From Eledone cirrhosa (Eukaryota): DNA of 64,000 nt. Each line of letters opens with the position of its first letter. The first letter of the stretch is position 1. The notes under the pieces are model-generated. The model was not told the origin of the DNA. It made no database searches and saw nothing but the letters and a program-made list of their open reading frames with translations. The translations under genes and the position numbers were made by a program. Location: the NCBI GenBank assembly GCA_964016885.1, contig CAXHJY010000834.1, positions 1 through 64,000 on the forward strand. Direction: 5' to 3'. This document shows, piece by piece, positions 1-15,367 of this stretch.

Positions 1-542
1 TATACATATATATATATACACATATATATCCATATATATATATATACATATATATACACATATATATCCATATATATATATACATATATACACATATATA
101 TACATATATATATATATACATATATATACACATATATATACATATATATATATATACATATATATACACATATATATACACATATATATATACATATATT
201 ACATATATATATATATACATATATATACATATATATATATATACACATATATAGATATATATATATATACACATATATACATATATATATATATACACAT
301 ATATACATATATATATATACATATATATACATATATATATATACATATATATATATATACACATATATATACATATATATATACATATATATACATATAT
401 ATATACATATATATATACATATATATATATACATATATATATACATATATACATATATATATATACATATATACATATATATATACATATATACATATAT
501 ATATACATATATATATACATATATATATACATATATATATAC

Positions 543-591
<49 letters not shown>

Positions 592-624
592 CATATATAT
601 ATACATATATACATATATATATAC

Positions 625-659
<35 letters not shown>

Positions 660-784
660 CATATATATATACATATATATACATATATATACATACATAT
701 ATATATATATACATATATATACATATATATATATACATATATATATACATATACATATATATATACATATACATATATATATAC

Positions 785-817
<33 letters not shown>

Positions 818-1122
818 CATATATATACATATATACACATATATACATATACATATATATATATACATATACATATATATACATATGTATATATACATAT
901 ATATATATACATATACATATATATATATACATATATATACATATACATATATACATATATATATATACATATATATATATACATATATATAAATATACAT
1001 ATATATATATACATATATACATATATATATATACATATATATATATACATATATATATATACATATATATATATACATATATATATATACATATATATAT
1101 ATATACATACATATACATATAT

Positions 1123-1302
1123 ATAATATAAGATCAAAAGATGGTTAAAGGAGTTCCATGTATTTTATTATGCGCATTGATGGAACTCCTTTAACCATCT
1201 TTTGATCTTATATTATGTATACTCCAGTCCTACAAACTGTAGAGTGCTTCTTATCCGATATCTGCATTGCTTTATTGTACTACAATAAAACTCACCTTCT
1301 AC
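1123..1302 (+). mobile_element. Fold-back cassette family A, copy 1 (Penelope-like terminal-repeat fragment)
   Basis: Arms 1123-1159 and 1180-1216 are reverse complements, and the right arm runs on to 1302. Same family as 38388-38780. The loop carries the 3' half of the family-A hammerhead on minus (aatgcgcataataaaata). Confidence 0.75.
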
Positions 1303-1372
1303 ATATACATATATACATATACATATATATATATACATATACATATATATACATATATATAAATATATATAC

Positions 1373-1453
<81 letters not shown>

Positions 1454-1472
1454 CATGTATATATATGTATAC

Positions 1473-1505
<33 letters not shown>

Positions 1506-1509
1506 CATG

Positions 1510-1545
<36 letters not shown>

Positions 1546-1586
1546 CATATATATATACATATATATATATACATATATATATATAC

Positions 1587-1755
<169 letters not shown>

Positions 1756-1820
1756 CATATATGTATATACATATATATATATATATACATACATATATAC
1801 ATACATATATATATATATAC

Positions 1821-1888
<68 letters not shown>

Positions 1889-2091
1889 ATACATACATAT
1901 ATATACATATATATATATATATACATATATACATATACATACATACATATATATATATACATACATATATATATATATATATATACATACCTATATATAT
2001 ACATATATATACATACATATATATATATATATATACATACCTATATATATACATATATATACATACATATATATATATATATATACATACA

Positions 2092-2129
<38 letters not shown>

Positions 2130-2144
2130 CATACATATATATAT

Positions 2145-2175
<31 letters not shown>

Positions 2176-2286
2176 CATACATATATATATATATATATAC
2201 ATACATATATATACATATATATACATATATACATACATATATATATATATATATACATATATATACATACATATATATATATATAC

Positions 2287-2319
<33 letters not shown>

Positions 2320-2342
2320 CATATATATATAATATATATACA

Positions 2343-2492
<150 letters not shown>

Positions 2493-2565
2493 CATATATA
2501 TATATACATATATATATACATATATACATATATACATATATATATATACATATATATATATATAC

Positions 2566-2612
<47 letters not shown>

Positions 2613-2631
2613 CATATATACATATATATAC

Positions 2632-2662
<31 letters not shown>

Positions 2663-2706
2663 CATATATATATATACATATATATATATATACATATATA
2701 TAATAC

Positions 2707-2895
<189 letters not shown>

Positions 2896-2896
2896 C

Positions 2897-3045
<149 letters not shown>

Positions 3046-3058
3046 CATATATATATAC

Positions 3059-3089
<31 letters not shown>

Positions 3090-3090
3090 C

Positions 3091-3139
<49 letters not shown>

Positions 3140-3154
3140 CATATATATATATAC

Positions 3155-3319
<165 letters not shown>

Positions 3320-3350
3320 CATATATATATATACATATATATATATATAC

Positions 3351-3381
<31 letters not shown>

Positions 3382-3435
3382 CATATATATATACATATAT
3401 ATATATATATACATATATACATAATATATATATAC

Positions 3436-3473
<38 letters not shown>

Positions 3474-3610
3474 ATACATACATATATATACATATATATA
3501 TATATATACATATATACATATACATACATACATATATATATATACATATATATACATACATATATATATATATATACATACCTATATATATACATATATA
3601 TACATACATA

Positions 3611-3692
<82 letters not shown>

Positions 3693-3729
3693 CATACATA
3701 TATATATATACATACATATATATATATAT

Positions 3730-3760
<31 letters not shown>

Positions 3761-3935
3761 CATACATATATATATATACATACATATATATATATATATA
3801 CATACATATATATATATATATATACATACATATATATACATATACATACATATATATATATATATATACATATATATACATACATATATATATATATACA
3901 TATGTATATATACATACATATATATATATATATAC

Positions 3936-3982
<47 letters not shown>

Positions 3983-4006
3983 CATATATATATTATATAT
4001 ATATAC

Positions 4007-4037
<31 letters not shown>

Positions 4038-4038
4038 C

Positions 4039-4093
<55 letters not shown>

Positions 4094-4094
4094 C

Positions 4095-4141
<47 letters not shown>

Positions 4142-4158
4142 CATATATATACATATAC

Positions 4159-4189
<31 letters not shown>

Positions 4190-4198
4190 CATATATAC

Positions 4199-4231
<33 letters not shown>

Positions 4232-4248
4232 CATATATATACATATAC

Positions 4249-4279
<31 letters not shown>

Positions 4280-4280
4280 C

Positions 4281-4311
<31 letters not shown>

Positions 4312-4599
4312 CATATATATACATACATATATATATACATATATATACATACATATATATATACATATATATACATACATATATATATATATATATATAC
4401 ATACCTATATATATACATACATATATATATATATATATACATACATATATATATACATATATATACATACATATATATATATATATATATACATACATAT
4501 ATATATATATATATACATACATATATATATATATATATATACATACATATATATATATATACATACTTATATATACATATATATACATATATACATACA

Positions 4600-4631
<32 letters not shown>

Positions 4632-4923
4632 CATATATATACATATATATATATATATACATATATACATATATATACTACATATATATATATATATATA
4701 TACATATATATACATACCTATATATATACATATATATACATACATATATATATATATATATACATACATATATATATATATATATACATACATATATATA
4801 TATATATATACATACATATATATACATATATACATACATATATATATATATATATACATATATATATACATACATATATATATATATATACATATGTATA
4901 TATATATATACATATATATATAC

Positions 4924-5102
<179 letters not shown>

Positions 5103-5183
5103 CATATATATATATATACATACATATATACATACATATATATATATACATATATATACATACATATATATACATATATATAC

Positions 5184-5214
<31 letters not shown>

Positions 5215-5233
5215 CATACATATATATATATAC

Positions 5234-5273
<40 letters not shown>

Positions 5274-5275
5274 AC

Positions 5276-5336
<61 letters not shown>

Positions 5337-5778
5337 CATACATATATATATATACATATATATACATATATATACATATATATATATATACATACATATA
5401 TACATACATATATATACATATATATACATATATATATATACATATATATACATACATATATATATATATATATACATACCTATATATAGTACATATATAT
5501 ACATATATATACATATATATATATACATATATATACATACATATATATATATATATATACATACCTATATATATACATATATATACATACATATATATAT
5601 ATACATACATATATATATATATATACATACATATATATATATATATACATACATATATATATATATATATATACATATATATACATACATATATATATAT
5701 ATATACATATGTATATATATATATACATATATATACATACATATATATATATATATACATATGTATATATATATATAC

Positions 5779-5847
<69 letters not shown>

Positions 5848-5874
5848 CATATATATATATACATATATATATAC

Positions 5875-5919
<45 letters not shown>

Positions 5920-5948
5920 CATATATATATATATACATATATATATAC

Positions 5949-5980
<32 letters not shown>

Positions 5981-6026
5981 GTATGTATATATATATATAT
6001 ATATGTATGTATATATATGTATATAC

Positions 6027-6069
<43 letters not shown>

Positions 6070-6126
6070 TACATATATATACATATATATACATATATAC
6101 ATACATATATATATATATATATATAT

Positions 6127-6163
6127 CGTTTCTTGGCAACATGACCCTCCCAAAGTATAACAA

Positions 6164-6166
<3 letters not shown>
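6127..6166 (+). mobile_element. 40-bp islet of the Penelope-like 3' terminal region inside the TA array
   Basis: gtttcttggcaacatgaccctcccaaagtataacaatat matches the reverse complement of ~51295-51335, apart from a 3-nt indel. Confidence 0.85.
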
Positions 6167-6197
<31 letters not shown>

Positions 6198-6224
6198 CAT
6201 ATATATATATACATATATATATAC

Positions 6225-6255
<31 letters not shown>

Positions 6256-6374
6256 CATATATATATATACATATATATATACATATATATATATACATAT
6301 ATATATACATATATATATATACATATATATACATATATATATATACATATATATATATACATATATATATATAC

Positions 6375-6491
<117 letters not shown>

Positions 6492-6528
6492 CATATATAT
6501 ATATACATATATATATATATACATATAC

Positions 6529-6725
<197 letters not shown>

Positions 6726-6726
6726 C

Positions 6727-6771
<45 letters not shown>

Positions 6772-6805
6772 CATATATATATATATATGTATGTATATAT
6801 GTATG

Positions 6806-6836
<31 letters not shown>

Positions 6837-6847
6837 GTATATATATG

Positions 6848-6882
<35 letters not shown>

Positions 6883-6925
6883 GTATGTATATATATATAT
6901 ATATGTATATATATATGTATATATG

Positions 6926-7042
<117 letters not shown>

Positions 7043-7055
7043 GTATATATATATG

Positions 7056-7190
<135 letters not shown>

Positions 7191-7203
7191 GTATATATAT
7201 ATG

Positions 7204-7270
<67 letters not shown>

Positions 7271-7405
7271 GTATATATATGTATGTATATATATGTATAT
7301 ATATATATGTATATGTATATATGTATGTATATATATATATATATGTATGTATATATATGTATATATATATGTATATATATGTATATATATGTATGTATAT
7401 ATATG

Positions 7406-7439
<34 letters not shown>

Positions 7440-7650
7440 TATACATACATATATATACATATATATATATACATACATATATATACATATATATATATAC
7501 ATACATATACATACATATATATACATACATATACATATATATACATACATATACATATACATACATATACATACATATACATATATCTATATATATACAT
7601 ACATATATATATATACATATATATACATACATATATATACATATATATAC

Positions 7651-7681
<31 letters not shown>

Positions 7682-7742
7682 CATATATATACATATATAT
7701 ATATACATATACATACATATATACATACATATATATATATAC

Positions 7743-7836
<94 letters not shown>

Positions 7837-7848
7837 ATACACATATAT

Positions 7849-7881
<33 letters not shown>

Positions 7882-8246
7882 CATACCTATATATATACAT
7901 ATATATATACATACATATATATATACATATATATACATACATATATATATACATATATATACATACATATATATATATATATATATACATACCTATATAT
8001 ATACATATATATACATACCTATATATATACATATATATACATACATATATATATATATATATATACATACATATATATATATATATATACATACATACAT
8101 ATATATATATACATACATATATATATATATACATATATATACATACATATATATATATATATATACATACATATATATATATATATATACATACATATAT
8201 ATATATACATACATATATATATATATATATACATACATATATATAT

Positions 8247-8279
<33 letters not shown>

Positions 8280-8416
8280 CATACATATATATACATATAT
8301 ATACATATATACATACATATATATATATATATATACATATATATACATACATATATATATATATATACATATGTATATATACATATATATACATATATAT
8401 ACATATATATATATAC

Positions 8417-8533
<117 letters not shown>

Positions 8534-8772
8534 CATACATATATATACATATATATATATACATATACATATATATATATACATATATATATATACATAT
8601 ATATATATACATATATATATATACATATATATACATACATATATATATATACATATATATATATACATATATATACATACATATATATATATACATATAT
8701 ATATATACATATACATACATATATACATACATATATATACATATATATATATATACATACATATATATATAC

Positions 8773-8805
<33 letters not shown>

Positions 8806-8850
8806 CATACAGATATATATATACATATATATATATACAGACATATATAC

Positions 8851-8881
<31 letters not shown>

Positions 8882-9246
8882 CATACATATATATATATAT
8901 ATACATACATATATATATATACATACATATATATATATATATATACATACATATATATATATACATACATATATATATATATACATACATATATATATAT
9001 ATATATACACATATATATATACATACATACATATATATATATATACATATATATATATACATACATATATATATATACATACATATATATATATACATAC
9101 ATATATATATACATATATATATATATACATATATATATATACACATATATATATATACACATATATATATATACATATACATATATATACATATATATAT
9201 ACACATATATATATATACATATACATATATATATATATACATATAC

Positions 9247-9277
<31 letters not shown>

Positions 9278-9278
9278 C

Positions 9279-9381
<103 letters not shown>

Positions 9382-9416
9382 CATATATATATACATATAT
9401 ATATATACATATATAC

Positions 9417-9467
<51 letters not shown>

Positions 9468-9482
9468 CATATATATATACAC

Positions 9483-9513
<31 letters not shown>

Positions 9514-9528
9514 CATATATATATACAC

Positions 9529-9559
<31 letters not shown>

Positions 9560-9588
9560 CATATATATATACACATATATATATACAC

Positions 9589-9762
<174 letters not shown>

Positions 9763-9764
9763 TA

Positions 9765-9925
9765 CGTTATTCCGGGTTGAATCGGAGGTAACCACAGTAA
9801 GTAAGGTACTCAATACATAGCAGAGTATAAAAGTTTTAATATAGATGAGATTCTACAGGACTAGAACTGTTTCATTCATTAGAAATCATCAGGATTCCTG
9901 ATGATTTCTAATGAATGAAACAGTT
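9765..9925 (-). mobile_element. Fold-back cassette B with split hammerhead-like core
   Basis: Perfect 30-bp arms 9865-9894/9896-9925 containing CTGATGA-tttctaatgaat-GAAA-cagtt. The long arm extends left to ~9765. TA runs on both sides. Confidence 0.65.
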
Positions 9926-9929
9926 ATAA

Positions 9930-10003
<74 letters not shown>

Positions 10004-10165
10004 CATATATATATACATATATATATACGGCCACTACTTTATATCCATGTAAGAGAACCCCTACCGATGCGCTCAACGAGTGTGACTTTTTAGTCCAGCC
10101 AGCGACTTGAAAACTCAGGTACAAACACTACATTTGTGACAATTATTGACATATACAGAAATACA

Positions 10166-10201
<36 letters not shown>

Positions 10202-10220
10202 CACATATATATATATATAT

Positions 10221-10677
10221 TCAGTAAGGTTAGAATTAACAATGAATATTGTCAAGAATTTAGTGTAAAAGTTAGTGCTCATCAAGGCTCTGTCCTTAGC
10301 ACCCTCCTATTTATTATTGCCCTTCAGGCTATAACAGAGGAGTTTAAGACTGGCTGCCCATGGGAACTCCTATACGCAGATGATCTAACTCTCATAGCTG
10401 AATCTATGGCTGAACTAGAGAAGAAATTCCAAACATGGAAGCATGGCCTAGAATCAAAAGGCCTTAAAGTTAACTTGTCTAAGACTAAAGTTCTAGTTTG
10501 TAGAAAGGAAAATAGGACACAGGTGCCCTCAGGGAAATGGATATGCTCAGTGTGTAGGAAAGGAGTGGACAGAAATTCCATTTTATGTCCCAAATGTAAA
10601 CTATGGGTACATAAAAGACGTAGTGGAATCACAGGTAAACTATCTAAGAACGTAGATTTTATATGTGGCCGATGCTG
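10221..10677 (+). mobile_element. RTE-clade LINE reverse transcriptase fragment
   Basis: HQGSVLS, ELLYADD motifs and a Cys-rich CSVC..CPKC..WVHKR..CGRC region. Same family as 45825-46958. Confidence 0.9.
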
Positions 10678-11000
10678 AGGTGAATAGTGAATTTGGCTTT
10701 TATGCCTACCTCCCTTCTTCTGATTACTGAATGCTGAAGTTGGCATATTACTACACCAATTCCTGCAATTCTTGCACTTAATTTAGCCTCCTGCTTTCCA
10801 TCACTCGTGAACACATCCTCGAGATACTTGAATTTCTCTATCTGCTTCAGTGGAACTCCATTTGCATGTAAAGTGCACTGCACAGGCTTCCTTGAGAGAA
10901 TGGGTGTCTCAGTTTCCACAGCACTGATTTTCATTCCAGCCATGCAGCACTCAGCATTAACCCTATCAAGTGCAAGTCAGAGATCACCTTCTGTCAGGTT
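10678..11000 (-). mobile_element. Second RTE-like LINE family, RT C-terminal fragment
   Basis: GMKIS..ET..LHANGVPLKQIEKFKYL. Homologous to 59480-60240 and 30400-31070. Confidence 0.8.
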
Positions 11001-11199
11001 AAATAACACCATGTTGAATGCAAATCTGAAGGAATACAGAATTAGATTTTGTAACATTTATATGACTTTCTCATTAATGAGATGTCATAAAAGCAACACT
11101 ACAAACTGTGGCACTGAGGTACTTGACTTCATTTTATGGTTGATTTGGTTAGTAATTTGTTGTTATCAATGGGCTGCAGAAAGAGACACCTTCTTGCAG

Positions 11200-12030
11200 T
11201 GCTGCATCTAATGGCACCACTGAAAGGCCGTACAAACCGTGAAATATGCGCTGAAGCATTTTGACCCTAAGATGGAGTTTTGTCAATTACTTGAACAAAA
11301 TTCTATTTAACCATCGAAGTGCCTCAGGTAGTTGTAAGTCATCGCCTGCTGCAAAGCTGATGAAAAGACAACTGGGGGTTGCTGTAAACCCATTCTTCAA
11401 AATAGGTGAGGATGTAATGTAGAAGACCACATTGGATAGGGTTGCATCCAAAGCAAAATACGTAGTAAATGCTGGAAAAAATACGGCATGGATTAAGAAG
11501 GAGTTAGTAGCAGTTGAGCAACTTGCACCGCTAAACATATGGGAACAAGAATTGAGTGATTTAATCATCACACCTAGCGCAGAGGTTCACAGTGACGGTG
11601 TGGGTTTTTTATCATATCAAGTCCACAAGTTAGATGCAACAACGGAGTTATAGAACCTATTGTCGACAATGTTAGACGTCAAAAATCAAATACAGTAATT
11701 TCATCAAGTCAACAAATGAGGCGAAGTGCAAGAATTGCGACAGGATGTAAAAAGCCAAAACGTTTCGAGGAGGAATAATGTGATAGTTGCTGATTGATAT
11801 CTTGGTGTCCTCATCTGCTAGTCGTAGCCGTTGTGCTTCGTATTAAGTGAACTCTCGGGTGGGTAGGTCTCACGCAGTCACAGGGGATCACGACATGAGC
11901 AATAGGAATGCGGCAGCCATCCATAAAAAGGGCATCATCAATCAGCAGAGCAAGTGAATACAAGGAACGATCTCTGTAATTTACCGTTAATAGCTTTTAT
12001 TAAAACCCTCTATTACGTGTCATACATAAC
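11200..12030 (+). mobile_element. Degenerate Ty3/Gypsy LTR retrotransposon 3' end (integrase remnant, PPT, candidate 3' LTR ~11779-12030)
   Basis: Frameshifted ASNG.ER.VQTVKYALK and SPAAKLMKRQL, then RRSARIATGCKKPKRF. This is followed by purine tract gaggaggaataa and a TGT...ACA segment. Confidence 0.6.
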
Positions 12031-12229
12031 AATCTTTTTTTTCTTTCTTGTAATCCTCATGGCATAAACAGATGAGGAAGGTCGGCAGTGAGGACCTTTG
12101 CAAGAACCTGTAGACTGAAACTACGTGGGATGCTACAAAAGGTATCCAATAGGTGGACCCTGCTAAAGAGTTATGCGGATTAGTTCCAGAAGCAGATTAA
12201 GATTGCGTAGGATCTCTGGCTGAAAATTT

Positions 12230-13772
12230 CATCAGCTTTCTTTCTTCTTTCAATACTGTCTCAACAATGGTGCTACTCCGGAGCAGTGGAAAACTGCCAG
12301 TGTCATTCCTCTGTTCAAAAAGGGTAACCACATGCCACCTGTCAATTATCATCCAGTCAGTCTTACTAGCTGCATTGCCAAACTGATGGAATCCTGTGTC
12401 AGAGAAACATTCAGGAACTTCTGGAATTCTCACAGCCTTATCCGGCCATTGCAATTTGGATTTATCCCTAACTCCAGCTGCTGTGATCAGCTTATCGAGT
12501 TCCTTGAAGACATCACCCGGATCACTGACAGTAGCTCATGGGTGGATGTTGTTTACCTTGACTTTGTTAAGGCTTTTAATTCTGTGCCACACAAAAGACT
12601 TATGGCAAAACTCTCTGCAATGGGTGCGAGGGATGATTTTTTAACTGGTTGAAATCCTTCATTCTCAGCCGAAAAGAGGTAGTCACGGTTCTAGAACAGC
12701 ATTCCTCACCATATGAGATGTCATCTGGTGTACCACAGGGGTCTGTTCTTGGTCTCCTTTTGTTTGTTGCATATATTAATGACATAGATGCCAACTTAAA
12801 GAATGCCATGGTACTGAAATATGCAGATGACATCAAGCTGTACCTTGAAATCAAATGGACTGATCCTGAAATCTACAACTCTTTCCTACAATCAGACCTG
12901 GACACAATGCAGCAATGGATCACAGACTGGCAACTGAAGCTGGTTGTGGACAAGTGTACCACCATGCATTTTGGTAGGAAAAATCCAGCGTCCACATACT
13001 CCCTCCACAACACTAATATCAAGAAGTCCTCTTGTGAACGTGACCTGGGCATTACTGTCAGCAGCGATTTGCGTTGGGCAAAGCATGTCTCTAAGATTGT
13101 CAAGAAGGCCGAGGGTGTCTTGGCATCACTCAACAAGACCGTTGTTAGCCGCTCTCCAGTCATCTATTTAAAGCTGTATACAGCTATGGTACAACCACAC
13201 TTGGAATTCGCATCATCAGTCTGGAACCCCTATCTTGCTCAGAACATTGACCTGGAAACTGTTCAGAGACGTGCAACCAAGCGCATACCCTCCATCAGAC
13301 ACCTACCATACTCCGAACGCCTTGATTCCTTGGGCATGGATTCATTGAAGCTCCGACATCTGGCAATGGACTTGGTAAATACCCACAAAGTTATTAACCA
13401 TCTCGCCAACAACAACCCTGAGCACCTTTTTGATCTCCATGTGTCTAACACACGTGGACATGCCTACAAAATCAGAAAACAGCACAGCTCCCATGACTTT
13501 CGGAAACATTTTTTCAAGCTCAGAGTTGCTGAAGCATGGAACAGTTGTTAGCTGCCGAGACACTGCATCCTTTAAGACACTCATGCTTCCTGAAATTCGC
13601 CAAAACTGCACCTGATGTACCCCTTCCATACACATGCACACATGTGTATATCATGACTCATGCACTGTTCATTTTCCTGACGTTTGTACATTACCCTATG
13701 TACTATACATACACTTTTTGATGAGTTGTAGTGCACCTGAGCACTGTACACAATATTTCATTATTATTATTA
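12230..13772 (+). mobile_element. 5'-truncated CR1/L2-group LINE (RT pseudogene + 3'UTR with (TTA)n tail)
   Basis: NYHPVSLTS, YLDFVKAF, SGVPQGSVLG, YADD, VQRRATK motifs, with frameshifts. Confidence 0.9.
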
Positions 13773-15198
13773 ACCCTTGCGTATTATTTATGGTAGCATA
13801 AAAAGAAATGTTGTGGAGACACCGGCTATAGTCTATTCAGTCCTCTTGATCCGCCACTGCTACCTCCTCAAAACAAGTACAGTCCATATGACGGGCTTCC
13901 ATCATGAGGCTGGGGGTCAACCCGAGATTCGAGCTTATGGTAGAAGACACTCAAGATGCAGTGCAATGGGACCCAAACCAGAATCACATGATGGTAAAAA
14001 AATAAATTAAATAAACTCTTAATCACAGTGATATAAGCTTTACATTAGAATTCGTTGACACCGGTTTCGATGTCAGAAAGCCACTTCATTTCACTTCCAT
14101 CACCAAAATACATGTAAGTGAAACAACTGTCGTCCTTTATAAAATATATAAGGACTTTTGCCCATTTTGTAATAATATATTTGCTGTCTATTACAGTGAG
14201 CATTCAATGGAAAGGCGAAAACGAGTAGCAACATAGGAACAATAAAGATTATTGTTTGTTAACAAAAAAAAAAAGTAAAATGGAAAGTAAATATTTTTAT
14301 TGATAATTATAGAAAGAATTACAGCTAATAATAATGATAGGAACTACTAAATCGGAAGAAAATAATAATTACGAAAATGTGTGCGTGTGTGTATATATAT
14401 AAACACACACAGATGCTTACATATTAGATGCATAATATATAAGTGTGCTTTTATGCACATACATATTAGACTATATTAAGACACAGAGAGGGATACATAT
14501 ATATATATATATATACACACGCATTAGATACTTAATACCAAATGCTAAAAAAGAAGTCAAAAGAAGGTAGCCAATGCTAATAAGTAAATCAAAAAGAACA
14601 AATAAATTTGTTTTTTTTTAATAATGATAATAATAATAATGAGGTGAATGTAGCACTTACCAGGGATGGAAACCAACAATCTTTCTTTCCATTAAAAATA
14701 AAGTAGGATAAAAAAAGAAAAGAAAAAAACTGCACCGCCAGTCTACATTTACAAAGCAAAAATGTTAGCTCAAAGACAATTCAAATGTCTACAATAAACA
14801 ACCAGCTTTATATATACACACCCTAATTACACTCGACAAATTCTACTTTTCTTACGGCTAGGTATCTATCTATTACTGCCTGCCCACTCTGCTTCTTTCT
14901 TTTACTCACACAGAAGCTTTTGTCGCAGTCATCGTCGTTGTTATCGTTCACCTCTATCTAATGCTGGTGGTGATGGTGGTAACTGGTTTTGTTAGAACTG
15001 ATAATTTCTTTTACCGTCCTCCCCTTTTGGGAAGTTGTCATCTTCGAGTATATTATATTCATCAGCTAAGGGAGATAACTGTACTGAAGAACTATTAATA
15101 TATATACACACACACATATATATCATATATATATTTATGTATATATATATATATATGATATAGTTGAAAATTGAAAACTTGACTGTCACCACAGATTA

Positions 15199-15237
15199 TG
15201 AACCTGAAGATGGGGAAAGCATGAAAGTACTTGTTCA
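15199..15237 (+). ncRNA. Minimal type-I hammerhead-like motif in a TA-flanked ~180-bp island (15158-15335)
   Basis: tgaac-CTGAAGA-tggggaaagcat-GAAA-gtac-tt-gttca: stem I tgaac/gttca, palindromic stem III gtac, weak stem II. Confidence 0.55.
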
Positions 15238-15367
15238 ATTAACACTTAACATTCTACCATACTATTTCATTCTAATACCATTATACATTTTAAAGGATTG
15301 TAAATAAAACGAGTAAATCAGACAAAGTTGGAATTACTTTTATTAATATATATATATATATATATAT

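Noticed and set aside
15030-15095. ctgatga..cgaag (minus) and ctgaaga (plus) motifs
   Set aside because: Stems do not pair adequately.
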